Below are positions 1-7,253 of a stretch of DNA of 35,940 nucleotides, one piece after another (the stretch's first letter is position 1; each line of letters begins with the position of its first letter). Origin of the DNA: a virus. Its lineage: Duplodnaviria; Caudoviricetes. A model generated the notes under the pieces. The model made no database searches. It saw nothing but the letters and a program-made list of their open reading frames with translations, and was not told where the DNA came from. The stretch lies in the IMG/VR virus record IMGVR_UViG_3300038492_000273, positions 1 through 35,940 of that record; one strand, written 5' to 3'. Position numbers and translations under genes: made by a program.

Positions 1-17
1 GTTTCCCAGTCACGATC
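1..17 (+). other. Untrimmed Round A/B (SISPA-type) random-amplification primer tag; library artefact
   Basis: The first 17 nt are GTTTCCCAGTCACGATC, the Round A/B primer tag (GTTTCCCAGTCACGATC-N9), located exactly at the contig end. Confidence 0.9.
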
Positions 18-78
18 AGGCGGGGGGTGCGGTGCGTAAAAGTGAGAGTTTCAAGATAATAGATATTCTGGGGTAATA

Positions 79-107
79 TTGACCTATAACCTTTTTTGAG
101 TTATGAT
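79..107 (+). promoter_or_regulatory. sigma70-like promoter
   Basis: TTGACC(79-84)-17 bp-TATGAT(102-107) upstream of the first plus-strand gene run. Confidence 0.6.
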
Positions 108-256
108 AATCAAGGTGTTCGGAGACTGACCACCCTAATCGTGCAAGTCCGAGTTGGTGAGAGGCCGGCACTGTCGGTCCGGGATTCAGGTTCTAAACCG
201 TTGGGGAGTTTCCCCCCGGACTGACTTTTCAAAAAAAATCGAACTTGGAGTTGGAT

Positions 257-730
257 ATGGCGAACGAATCAGATACGAAGAATCGATCCGCTGGATCAAA
301 TATGAGAATCAGTTGTCAGGTGCTTCGGCAGATTGAATCACTGAAGGGCGAAGCGACCACCGCGATAATTTCGGACTTGTTACCAGAATTAGACAAGGGG
401 AATATTTCCTCGATCATCAGTGCGTTGCGCAGACAGGGCCGGGTGTATATCAGTGGTGAAGTGAAGGATGGTCAGCGAGGCCGTCGATTTAAGTTTGCGG
501 TGAATCCTGATTGGGAAAGACCGCCGGGGCCGAATGCGAAAGCGCGGAAGGAGTCCAGTGGATCTCCGTTGAGCGGAACCGGTTTGACGCGGGTCTTGGG
601 GGTGGTGCAGTACAAGAAAGAAAAAATCGCGTATTTGAAGAGCATGATGCGACATGCCCATGCGGAGCAGCGGGTGATCTTGGTGAGTATGCTCGAGGAT
701 TACGGGGTCAAGTACGATGGGCCTTATTGA
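257..730 (+). CDS. Hypothetical protein, possible winged-helix DNA-binding N-terminal domain
   Basis: ATG at 257 follows GGAG. The segment 'TTAIISDLLPELDKGNISSIISALRRQGRVYISG' has a wHTH-like pattern. Confidence 0.55.
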   Translation: MANESDTKNRSAGSNMRISCQVLRQIESLKGEATTAIISDLLPELDKGNISSIISALRRQGRVYISGEVKDGQRGRRFKFAVNPDWERPPGPNAKARKESSGSPLSGTGLTRVLGVVQYKKEKIAYLKSMMRHAHAEQRVILVSMLEDYGVKYDGPY

Positions 731-1082
731 GCATAATAACGAGGGGGCTATTCTCGCCGAACCGTATCTCTGGTTTTACCAATGGAAGGGTGATGTCTTG
801 GTTCGCAAAAAGGTTCTTTACGGATCGAAGAAATATTTTCTGGTTCGTCGGAGACTGAAGATTCTTCAGGCGTTGTGGAGCAGCAAGGCGGTGAAGCCGA
901 TTGATATTGGTGCATGGGATGCCAGTCATCATCATGACGATCTGAATGCGATGGTGAATTTGGATTTGGTTGCCCGGATGGAAGTGGGTGGCGGTTTTAT
1001 CCGGAACACTTACCGATATTATCGAACCCCTCGAGGGACTGAATTGCTTCGAAAAAACAACATGGTGGTATACAGTGAATAG
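717..1082 (+). CDS. Hypothetical protein, possible C-terminal winged helix
   Basis: 121-aa ORF tiling with its neighbours; 'LNAMVNLDLV...YYRTPRGTELL' resembles a wHTH wing end. Confidence 0.5.
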   Translation: MGLIEHNNEGAILAEPYLWFYQWKGDVLVRKKVLYGSKKYFLVRRRLKILQALWSSKAVKPIDIGAWDASHHHDDLNAMVNLDLVARMEVGGGFIRNTYRYYRTPRGTELLRKNNMVVYSE

Positions 1083-1275
1083 ATATAGATTAGGTCAGGT
1101 GGTTCATGTCGATCAGGGGCATCCCGACGATAATTTCTATGGAGCGATAACCGCGATTGGTTTAGAAGGCCGGGAGTTTGAAGTCAATTTTGCCGGACCG
1201 TTTGATGCGATGGATATTCGATCGTTGACCCCTGAAGAAATGGGCATGAGGTCCATACGAGAAGAAGATGATTAA
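1075..1275 (+). CDS. Small hypothetical protein (SH3/KOW-like beta pattern)
   Basis: An in-frame GTG at 1075 overlaps the upstream stop; 'YRLGQVVHV...FYGAITAIG...FEVNF'. Confidence 0.5.
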   Translation: MNRYRLGQVVHVDQGHPDDNFYGAITAIGLEGREFEVNFAGPFDAMDIRSLTPEEMGMRSIREEDD

Positions 1276-1648
1276 CAGAATTTATGAATGGTTTTTTCGG
1301 CTACTGCCGGATCAATGCGAAGGTGACGATTGCTGCCGGAAGGGCGTTCGTGGGAACGAGAATTACGTCGAGGTTGAGCCAGGCGTATTCCGGATTCTCT
1401 GTGATTATTGTACTGTGAATCATCAGGTGAAACCGGAAGGTCAGGGCGTTCAGCTCGAGAACGGGACCATGCTGGTTTTTTCCGAGGGTTGTTTCGACAA
1501 CTTTGAGGGAACTCAGGAAGAACTCGAAGCATTCATGGACCACGTTGTTGAAATGTTCGAAAGCGGTGAAGCGTTCGAGAAAGCGGAACCCTTGGATGAT
1601 GAAGCGATTGAACAGTTGAAAGATCGCAAGCTGGAGACACGGCAATGA
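1268..1648 (+). CDS. Hypothetical protein with Cys cluster (possible Zn binding) and acidic C-terminus
   Basis: 'CEGDDCC...LCDYC'; overlaps both neighbouring genes. Confidence 0.6.
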   Translation: MINRIYEWFFRLLPDQCEGDDCCRKGVRGNENYVEVEPGVFRILCDYCTVNHQVKPEGQGVQLENGTMLVFSEGCFDNFEGTQEELEAFMDHVVEMFESGEAFEKAEPLDDEAIEQLKDRKLETRQ

Positions 1649-1926
1649 AGAGCCTATATGAATGGCTCAGAGATCCCCCGCACTGGTGGGATAATGGGTT
1701 GGATGAATACAGGCCGAGGTTAGGGGTGCATTTCAAATCTTCTGTTTCGGGGAGTCAGATTTACTTTCTGCATTATCACGTTCGCCTGAACTGGACCGAG
1801 ATCAAATGGTTGTATGGCTATTTGCGTCGGGACAACGGGATCTGGCAATCCCTGTTCAAATTATGTGTCTTGAACAAAAAGGGTTCAGTAGCCTATAATC
1901 AGGAGGTCAAATACTACCTCTGGTGA
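1645..1926 (+). CDS. Hypothetical protein
   Basis: ATGA overlap with the previous stop and an upstream GGAG; 93 aa. Confidence 0.55.
   Translation: MKSLYEWLRDPPHWWDNGLDEYRPRLGVHFKSSVSGSQIYFLHYHVRLNWTEIKWLYGYLRRDNGIWQSLFKLCVLNKKGSVAYNQEVKYYLW
1870..1899 (+). promoter_or_regulatory. sigma70-like promoter, candidate late/packaging promoter
   Basis: TTGAAC(1870-1875)-18 bp-TATAAT(1894-1899), 30 nt upstream of the ATG at 1930. Confidence 0.5.
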
Positions 1927-1929
1927 GCC

Positions 1930-2430
1930 ATGCCAGTATTGGGCGATCTGCTGGGCCGGGTTCGGCTCAAGAATCAAAAAACCGGGTTAGGTGAATTTCG
2001 TACTCTGCAAGGGCCAGTCGCTTCGGACCTTGCAGGTCGAACTATTAGTTCGGCGGCGGGTCTGGTTCCATTGCCAAACATGAGTCCGACTCCGCGTCCG
2101 GTTCCTGCCAATGCCGGCGGTGGTTTGTTTCAACAATTACTGAGCGCGTTGCAGCAAAACCCGGATATGGCGAATCGTGTTCCTACCCCTAATCAGGCTC
2201 CGATTCGCAATACTCCGGTACCCGAGACCGCTGCGCCTTCGACTAACCAAAGTAACCAATCCGGCATCCGATCGGATTTGGAAACTTCTATTCAACCCGT
2301 GAAACCGATACAACCTACGGTTTCGACGAGGGCGCGGCGTAATCGGCGTAATCGCAGATTCAGGGATGGGCAGGATCGATCTCGCGATATTCAAGCGCAA
2401 ATCCGACAAGACCAGCGAGGGGCACGCTAA
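1930..2430 (+). CDS. Hypothetical Pro/Gln-rich protein with Arg-rich C-terminus
   Basis: 166-aa ORF with 'RARRNRRNRRFR'; TAATG overlap with the next gene. Confidence 0.6.
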   Translation: MPVLGDLLGRVRLKNQKTGLGEFRTLQGPVASDLAGRTISSAAGLVPLPNMSPTPRPVPANAGGGLFQQLLSALQQNPDMANRVPTPNQAPIRNTPVPETAAPSTNQSNQSGIRSDLETSIQPVKPIQPTVSTRARRNRRNRRFRDGQDRSRDIQAQIRQDQRGAR

Positions 2431-2822
2431 TGGCCGACGAAACACAATTATCCCAGCGACAACTCGAGACACTGCCTTTACAGGATCTGTTTCAAATGGC
2501 TTTTCGGGAAGGCCGTGGCGAGGATATCCGCCAGGCGCTGATGAAGCGACTCAAGATCCGCCGGCGTGATGCCAAGGGCGAGGGTCAGGTTGGCTCGAGG
2601 GCTGACATTTCCAATGCCTTGACCGGGACCATCGAGGGCGAAGCCGCAGCGGCGTTGTTCGAATCCCGGCAACGGGAGAAGCGGAAGAATCTGGGTGGCA
2701 ATCTGGCGTTCCAACAAGCTGAGATTGGAGATCCCGTAACCCGACGCAAGGCAGAGCCGTTCAGTGTTTTCGACACGGCTTTCCGGATTCTGAAGCGAAA
2801 GAATCAGGCGCTGAATCCTTAA
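2430..2822 (+). CDS. Hypothetical protein
   Basis: 130 aa with TAATG overlaps at both ends. Confidence 0.65.
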   Translation: MADETQLSQRQLETLPLQDLFQMAFREGRGEDIRQALMKRLKIRRRDAKGEGQVGSRADISNALTGTIEGEAAAALFESRQREKRKNLGGNLAFQQAEIGDPVTRRKAEPFSVFDTAFRILKRKNQALNP

Positions 2823-3265
2823 TGGGTAAAGCGGTCACTCAGCATCCAGCTTACACGGAGAAGCTGACCAATCGACAACTGGCCACGGCGCGGGAGAAAC
2901 AGGCGCGTAAGGCTTCGACCTTGATGACTCGACTGCGCAAGTGTGCAGAGGGCAAGATCAAGATGTCATCACAGGAGATCAGGTCAGCCGAGGTCTGGTT
3001 GAAGAAAGTCTGGCCGGATCTCTCGGCGGTTCAAATCACGGATAGTGGAAACGAGTTCGACGGTATGGATCGCCAGCAACTCATTGATCGGGTGTCTGGT
3101 TTGATCACGGCGCATCCGGAACTGGCGGTGATGACCGATATGCTGACAGCGGTCAATCTGAATAGACTGGTGGGTGACGCGAAGTTCGAGGAAATCGAAG
3201 ACGCCGAAGTTTCAGATCCTGCCATGCTCGATGATTGGCGCAAGCTTGATACAGATGCCGGCTGA
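2822..3265 (+). CDS. terS: Probable terminase small subunit
   Basis: The motif 'MSSQEIRSAEVWLKKVWPDLSAVQIT' resembles podovirus small-terminase-like proteins; size is 147 aa and it lies upstream of terL. Confidence 0.55.
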   Translation: MGKAVTQHPAYTEKLTNRQLATAREKQARKASTLMTRLRKCAEGKIKMSSQEIRSAEVWLKKVWPDLSAVQITDSGNEFDGMDRQQLIDRVSGLITAHPELAVMTDMLTAVNLNRLVGDAKFEEIEDAEVSDPAMLDDWRKLDTDAG

Positions 3266-3291
3266 TCCAACGGATCGATACTTAGTATCTA

Positions 3292-4713
3292 ATGGCAAAG
3301 GACAAATACCCGAGATACCCTGCCGGCTCGGTCGCTGCTGATCAAGCCTTCGTCGCCATTACCGATGGCGAGAAAATTTATAAGGGCGATTCGATCGCTG
3401 ACTTCTCACCCGGTGGCATCCCCGCCGCTGCGTTACCCACGGATTATTACAACGCCAACGTAGCACTCGCGGCTGACAACCTTCACGACATCACCTTTAC
3501 CGGCAAGGTCCGGGATACGGCGGATACGGCTGACTTGGTATTGTCATCTGCGCTGACCAAACAGGTTGATGTCAATTGGGTTGCGGGTAATGATGCCGGC
3601 GGTAAAGCCTCGAGCGTCACGCTGTCTGCCGGACTCACGCTGCACATGTTCCTGATTGGTGATGGAACCAATGTCGACGCGGGATTCGATACCTCTATCA
3701 CGGCTACCAATTTACTCGCGGATGCAACCGGGTATACGACTTATCGTCGTGTGGCTTCAATGACCTTGGATGGCTCGAGCGACTGGACGCAATTCATTCA
3801 GCGGGGCAATGACTTTCTGCTGAATACCGCCGGGGTTACCAACAACAGTGATGACTCACCGGGTACCGGCGTGAATACTTACACCTTGTCGGAAGTCCCA
3901 GCCGACATTCGGGTGAAAGCCTACATCGTCACTCAACTGCTACGAAACGCCAATAACGCAGCCGGCCACTGGTTCGAAACGGATCTGGGCAATATGTCCG
4001 TCACGGCAACCGCGCCGTATGAATTGCGGGTTCGCGCCGGTGGTGATACCGCGACGACCACGGTGGCGGTCTGGACCACGACCAGTCGGGAAGTCAGTTA
4101 CCAGCAGGACGATGCTAACCCGGATCTGAGATATGGCGTTATTGGCTGGTTCGATTCGTTCGAATCCGTAGCCGTTCAGGGCGGGTTGATTAATCAGGCC
4201 GGCTCAGGATCTTGGGAGCCGATCGTATCTCCCCGAGCCATTACCAACGTGGCTCAGGAACTCATTACCTTCGACGAAACCCGGTACAGCGAGATCAAGA
4301 TGATTATCTCCGGCGCCATCCCGGCAACCGATGGTGCCAGCATGGAATGCGTGGTCGGAGACTCAGGTGGCGTGATCACCGCCAACTACGCCGGACTGTT
4401 CAGCAACATGACCGCAGTCGCCTGGCAGTTACAGGGAATCAGCGATGCGATCCTGCTGGGCAACTCCGTGGGCAGTGCAGCAGGGGAAAGTCTGGACGCC
4501 ACCATCTATCTGAGAAACTTTGAAAATTCCGATCTGGGGTGTAATATCGACGCCACGGTGAAATTTATCAACTCCGGTGGGGATGAACAGGTGAGGACAG
4601 TCCATGGATTCTTGGATAGCACGAATACGGCAATCGATCGGATTGGCTTACAGCCCGCAGCCGGACTCCTCGAAGCCGCCGGAACCATCGCCCTCTACGG
4701 ATTCGTCAAATGA
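3292..4713 (+). CDS. Tail fibre / receptor-binding-like virion protein
   Basis: 473 aa, Ala/Thr/Gly/Asp-rich. Its central domain is paralogous to 25258-26538, and the C-terminal domain ends in 'GTIALYG', common in phage fibre-associated proteins. Confidence 0.65.
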   Translation: MAKDKYPRYPAGSVAADQAFVAITDGEKIYKGDSIADFSPGGIPAAALPTDYYNANVALAADNLHDITFTGKVRDTADTADLVLSSALTKQVDVNWVAGNDAGGKASSVTLSAGLTLHMFLIGDGTNVDAGFDTSITATNLLADATGYTTYRRVASMTLDGSSDWTQFIQRGNDFLLNTAGVTNNSDDSPGTGVNTYTLSEVPADIRVKAYIVTQLLRNANNAAGHWFETDLGNMSVTATAPYELRVRAGGDTATTTVAVWTTTSREVSYQQDDANPDLRYGVIGWFDSFESVAVQGGLINQAGSGSWEPIVSPRAITNVAQELITFDETRYSEIKMIISGAIPATDGASMECVVGDSGGVITANYAGLFSNMTAVAWQLQGISDAILLGNSVGSAAGESLDATIYLRNFENSDLGCNIDATVKFINSGGDEQVRTVHGFLDSTNTAIDRIGLQPAAGLLEAAGTIALYGFVK

Positions 4714-4741
4714 AGACAGCCCTACGGATTTGTCGCCTAAT

Positions 4742-5212
4742 ATGATCATCGAAAGGTATCTCCAACATGGAGTCTACAAGAACAGCCCAAACAAAATCGT
4801 CGTGCATTGCATGGCCGAATACATCCTCGACCCTGATGCCATACACGCCGCAGAATTCCTCGATAACTATGGGTTGTCCGCCCATGCTCTCATTGCACCC
4901 AACGGAGACATCTATCTGCTCCGGGAAGAAGATGAAGGCGCTTATCACGCCAGAGGGCATAATACCAATTCACTTGGCATTGAATTCCTTGTTGCTGGAC
5001 AGCATGATTACGGATCATTCGTCGAAACAATCAAAACGCCTTACGTAACCGATGAACAATGGGACGCTGGTGTCGAAGTGGTTCAGAACTGGTTGCTGGC
5101 TTATCCCATCGAAACATTAGTCCGTCATTCGGATATCTCTCCGGGCAGGAAGGTTGATCCGGGCGCGGGTTTTCCATGGGATTCTTTTCTTACGGAAGTG
5201 GGTTGGACTTGA
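4742..5212 (+). CDS. Endolysin, N-acetylmuramoyl-L-alanine amidase (Amidase_2/AmpD-like)
   Basis: 'IVVHC', 'SAHALI..NGDI', 'AYHA.GHNTNSLGIE' and 'HSDISPGRKVDPG.GFPW' are Zn-amidase motifs; directly upstream of the spanins. Confidence 0.9.
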   Translation: MIIERYLQHGVYKNSPNKIVVHCMAEYILDPDAIHAAEFLDNYGLSAHALIAPNGDIYLLREEDEGAYHARGHNTNSLGIEFLVAGQHDYGSFVETIKTPYVTDEQWDAGVEVVQNWLLAYPIETLVRHSDISPGRKVDPGAGFPWDSFLTEVGWT

Positions 5213-5587
5213 GTGCTTTACGCGAAACTCGCGATTGCCCTTATTTTGATGTCTGGTGTAGCCGGCGCTATTGTGTATGTGCAGCACTTGAGGGCCGAGA
5301 ATGCGGTACTCGAAGCGAACGCAATCGTACTGGACACGGCTTTGTCGGAAATGAAAGAAGAAAGGAAGCGTTTGAAGGCCGACCAAATATTCAAGCGCCG
5401 GCAGATCCAGAAAAAGTTTGATGAGCTGCAACAACTGAATAAATTAAACACCAATTTGCGCGGTGAATTGAGATTAGCGGAGAAAGACAATGAACAAACC
5501 ATTGAATGTCTTGCTGTTGTGCCTTCTGATGAGTTCGTTAATAAGCTGCGCTTCTACGCCACGGGAGCGCTTGGTAACGAAAACTGA
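5213..5587 (+). CDS. Rz: Inner-membrane spanin (Rz-like)
   Basis: N-terminal TM helix followed by coiled coil and a C-terminal Cys; lies after the endolysin and overlaps a lipoprotein gene. Confidence 0.75.
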   Translation: MLYAKLAIALILMSGVAGAIVYVQHLRAENAVLEANAIVLDTALSEMKEERKRLKADQIFKRRQIQKKFDELQQLNKLNTNLRGELRLAEKDNEQTIECLAVVPSDEFVNKLRFYATGALGNEN

Positions 5588-5744
5588 AACCATCTGTCCA
5601 GATAGCGTGTTCTACGCCGATCCGATCGATGCTGGAATCTCCGATGGCGCCAATCTCGAAGAGATCATGTCGTCGCTTTCGATTGCATTGGGTCAGGCCA
5701 ATCGCGATCGCCAGAAGATAAAAGAATATTGCGATGCAAACTAA
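5490..5744 (+). CDS. Rz1: Outer-membrane lipoprotein spanin (Rz1-like)
   Basis: Signal peptide with lipobox-like 'LISC'; begins within the 3' end of the i-spanin in another frame (overlapped architecture). Confidence 0.75.
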   Translation: MNKPLNVLLLCLLMSSLISCASTPRERLVTKTETICPDSVFYADPIDAGISDGANLEEIMSSLSIALGQANRDRQKIKEYCDAN

Positions 5745-7221
5745 CTTCCAAGGTAGCGAACTCGATACCAATGCGCTGCGTGAACTCGTGGCGGCGATGG
5801 AAGCCCTCAACCAGAAGATCTCTGAAACCAAACTTCAGGACTACAAACCCTACGATTTCCAGATCGCATGGCATCACGTCAAAGATCCCAATGGCAATTA
5901 TGCCCACCAGAAGTTTTTACAGGCAGCCAACCAGATCGGGAAGACCACGGGCGCCGGTGCGGAGTTCGCCTGGCATGTCACCGGTGAATACCCGGATTAT
6001 TACAAGGGCGAGAGACTGACCAAGCCAACGCTGGCTCAGGTGTCTGGTGTAACCAACGACACGACTCGAGACATCTGCCAGAAGGAATTACTCGGAGACC
6101 CAGAAGATGAAAGAGCTTTGGGAACTGGAACTATCCCTAAACACCGGATTATCAGCAAAGAGCGTAAACCCGGAATCCCTAACGCAGTGGATAATGTCAG
6201 AGTTCGGCATGTTAACGGCCACGATGTTACTGTTAAATTCAGAGCCTACGAAGCCGGCTTCAAAAAGTTTATGGGTCATCGAAACGATGTGGTTTGGCTC
6301 GACGAAGAGCCTCCGCCTGAAATCTGGTCACAGGTTCTCCGATCTCAAATCGCTCGACCCGAAGGAATTATTCTTTGTACCTTTACACCTGAAAATGGAG
6401 CTACACAACTTGTCAATCAAATTAATGATGAATTGATGGTTGGCCAAGGTTTGATCATTGCCGGCTGGACCGATGCCCCGCATATCGCCGGTGATCCAGA
6501 GCGCATGGAACAGTTGCTCAGTCAGTTCCCGCCGCACGAGCGGGATATGCGATCTCAGGGCGTACCACTCATGGGTGCTGGTTTAATATTCCCGATCCCG
6601 GACGAAGAGATCATGATCGACCCGATCGATATCCCGGAGCATTGGCGGCGTGTCAATGGACTGGATTTCGGCTGGACCCACCCGTTTGCAGTCTCGTTTC
6701 TGGCATGGGATGAGCAGAATGACGTGGTTTACATGTACAAGGAATTCTCTCAGTCGCACGTTCAAGCGCCGGTAGTTGCTTCGGCCATCAAAGCCAATGG
6801 CGCTTGGATACCGTGCATCTGGCCGCATGATGGCATGGGCAAGGGGGATACCGGTAAAGACAAGTCGAAGAAAAGGCTACTCGAGGATGAGGGCGTGAAC
6901 ATGCACCATACTTGGTTTACCAATCCCCCGGCCATCGGCGTCGACGAAGGAAAAGGTGGCAATAATGTGGAAATCGGATTGATGGAAATGCACAACCGAA
7001 TGACCACGGGTCGCTTCAAAGTCTTCAGTTCATGCCCGGAATTCTTCAAAGAGAAGCAGGTTTACCATCGAAAATTGGTAAATGGGCAGTCTGAGATCGT
7101 GAAATTGCAAGATGATGTCATTTCTGCGACTCGATATGGCGTAATGAGCTTGCGCCACTCTGAAACTGAGACTATTATTGTTCCTGAATTCAGAAGGCGT
7201 ATGGGCGCTCGTAACTGGTGA
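5734..7221 (+). CDS. terL: Terminase large subunit (P22 gp2-like)
   Basis: Walker A 'AANQIGKT', Walker B 'VWLDEEPP', coupling motif 'TFTPENG', nuclease 'GLDFGWTHP' and 'DDVISATRY'. Confidence 0.95.
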   Translation: MQTNFQGSELDTNALRELVAAMEALNQKISETKLQDYKPYDFQIAWHHVKDPNGNYAHQKFLQAANQIGKTTGAGAEFAWHVTGEYPDYYKGERLTKPTLAQVSGVTNDTTRDICQKELLGDPEDERALGTGTIPKHRIISKERKPGIPNAVDNVRVRHVNGHDVTVKFRAYEAGFKKFMGHRNDVVWLDEEPPPEIWSQVLRSQIARPEGIILCTFTPENGATQLVNQINDELMVGQGLIIAGWTDAPHIAGDPERMEQLLSQFPPHERDMRSQGVPLMGAGLIFPIPDEEIMIDPIDIPEHWRRVNGLDFGWTHPFAVSFLAWDEQNDVVYMYKEFSQSHVQAPVVASAIKANGAWIPCIWPHDGMGKGDTGKDKSKKRLLEDEGVNMHHTWFTNPPAIGVDEGKGGNNVEIGLMEMHNRMTTGRFKVFSSCPEFFKEKQVYHRKLVNGQSEIVKLQDDVISATRYGVMSLRHSETETIIVPEFRRRMGARNW

Positions 7222-7253
7222 CAACGATCACCTAACCTGATTGGGTATAGACA

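Noticed and set aside
160-230. tRNA suggested by GGTTCTAAACC (T-loop-like)
   Set aside because: No 5-bp T stem, acceptor stem or cloverleaf could be built.
3292-4713. Diversity-generating retroelement suggested by the duplicated fibre domain and BPP-1-like architecture
   Set aside because: No reverse transcriptase is visible. Paralogue similarity is at protein level with synonymous divergence, not a TR/VR pair differing at adenines.
4604-4741. N-terminal extension of the amidase in the ORF track
   Set aside because: It overlaps the fibre gene end out of frame and is not amidase-like; the ATG at 4742 was preferred.
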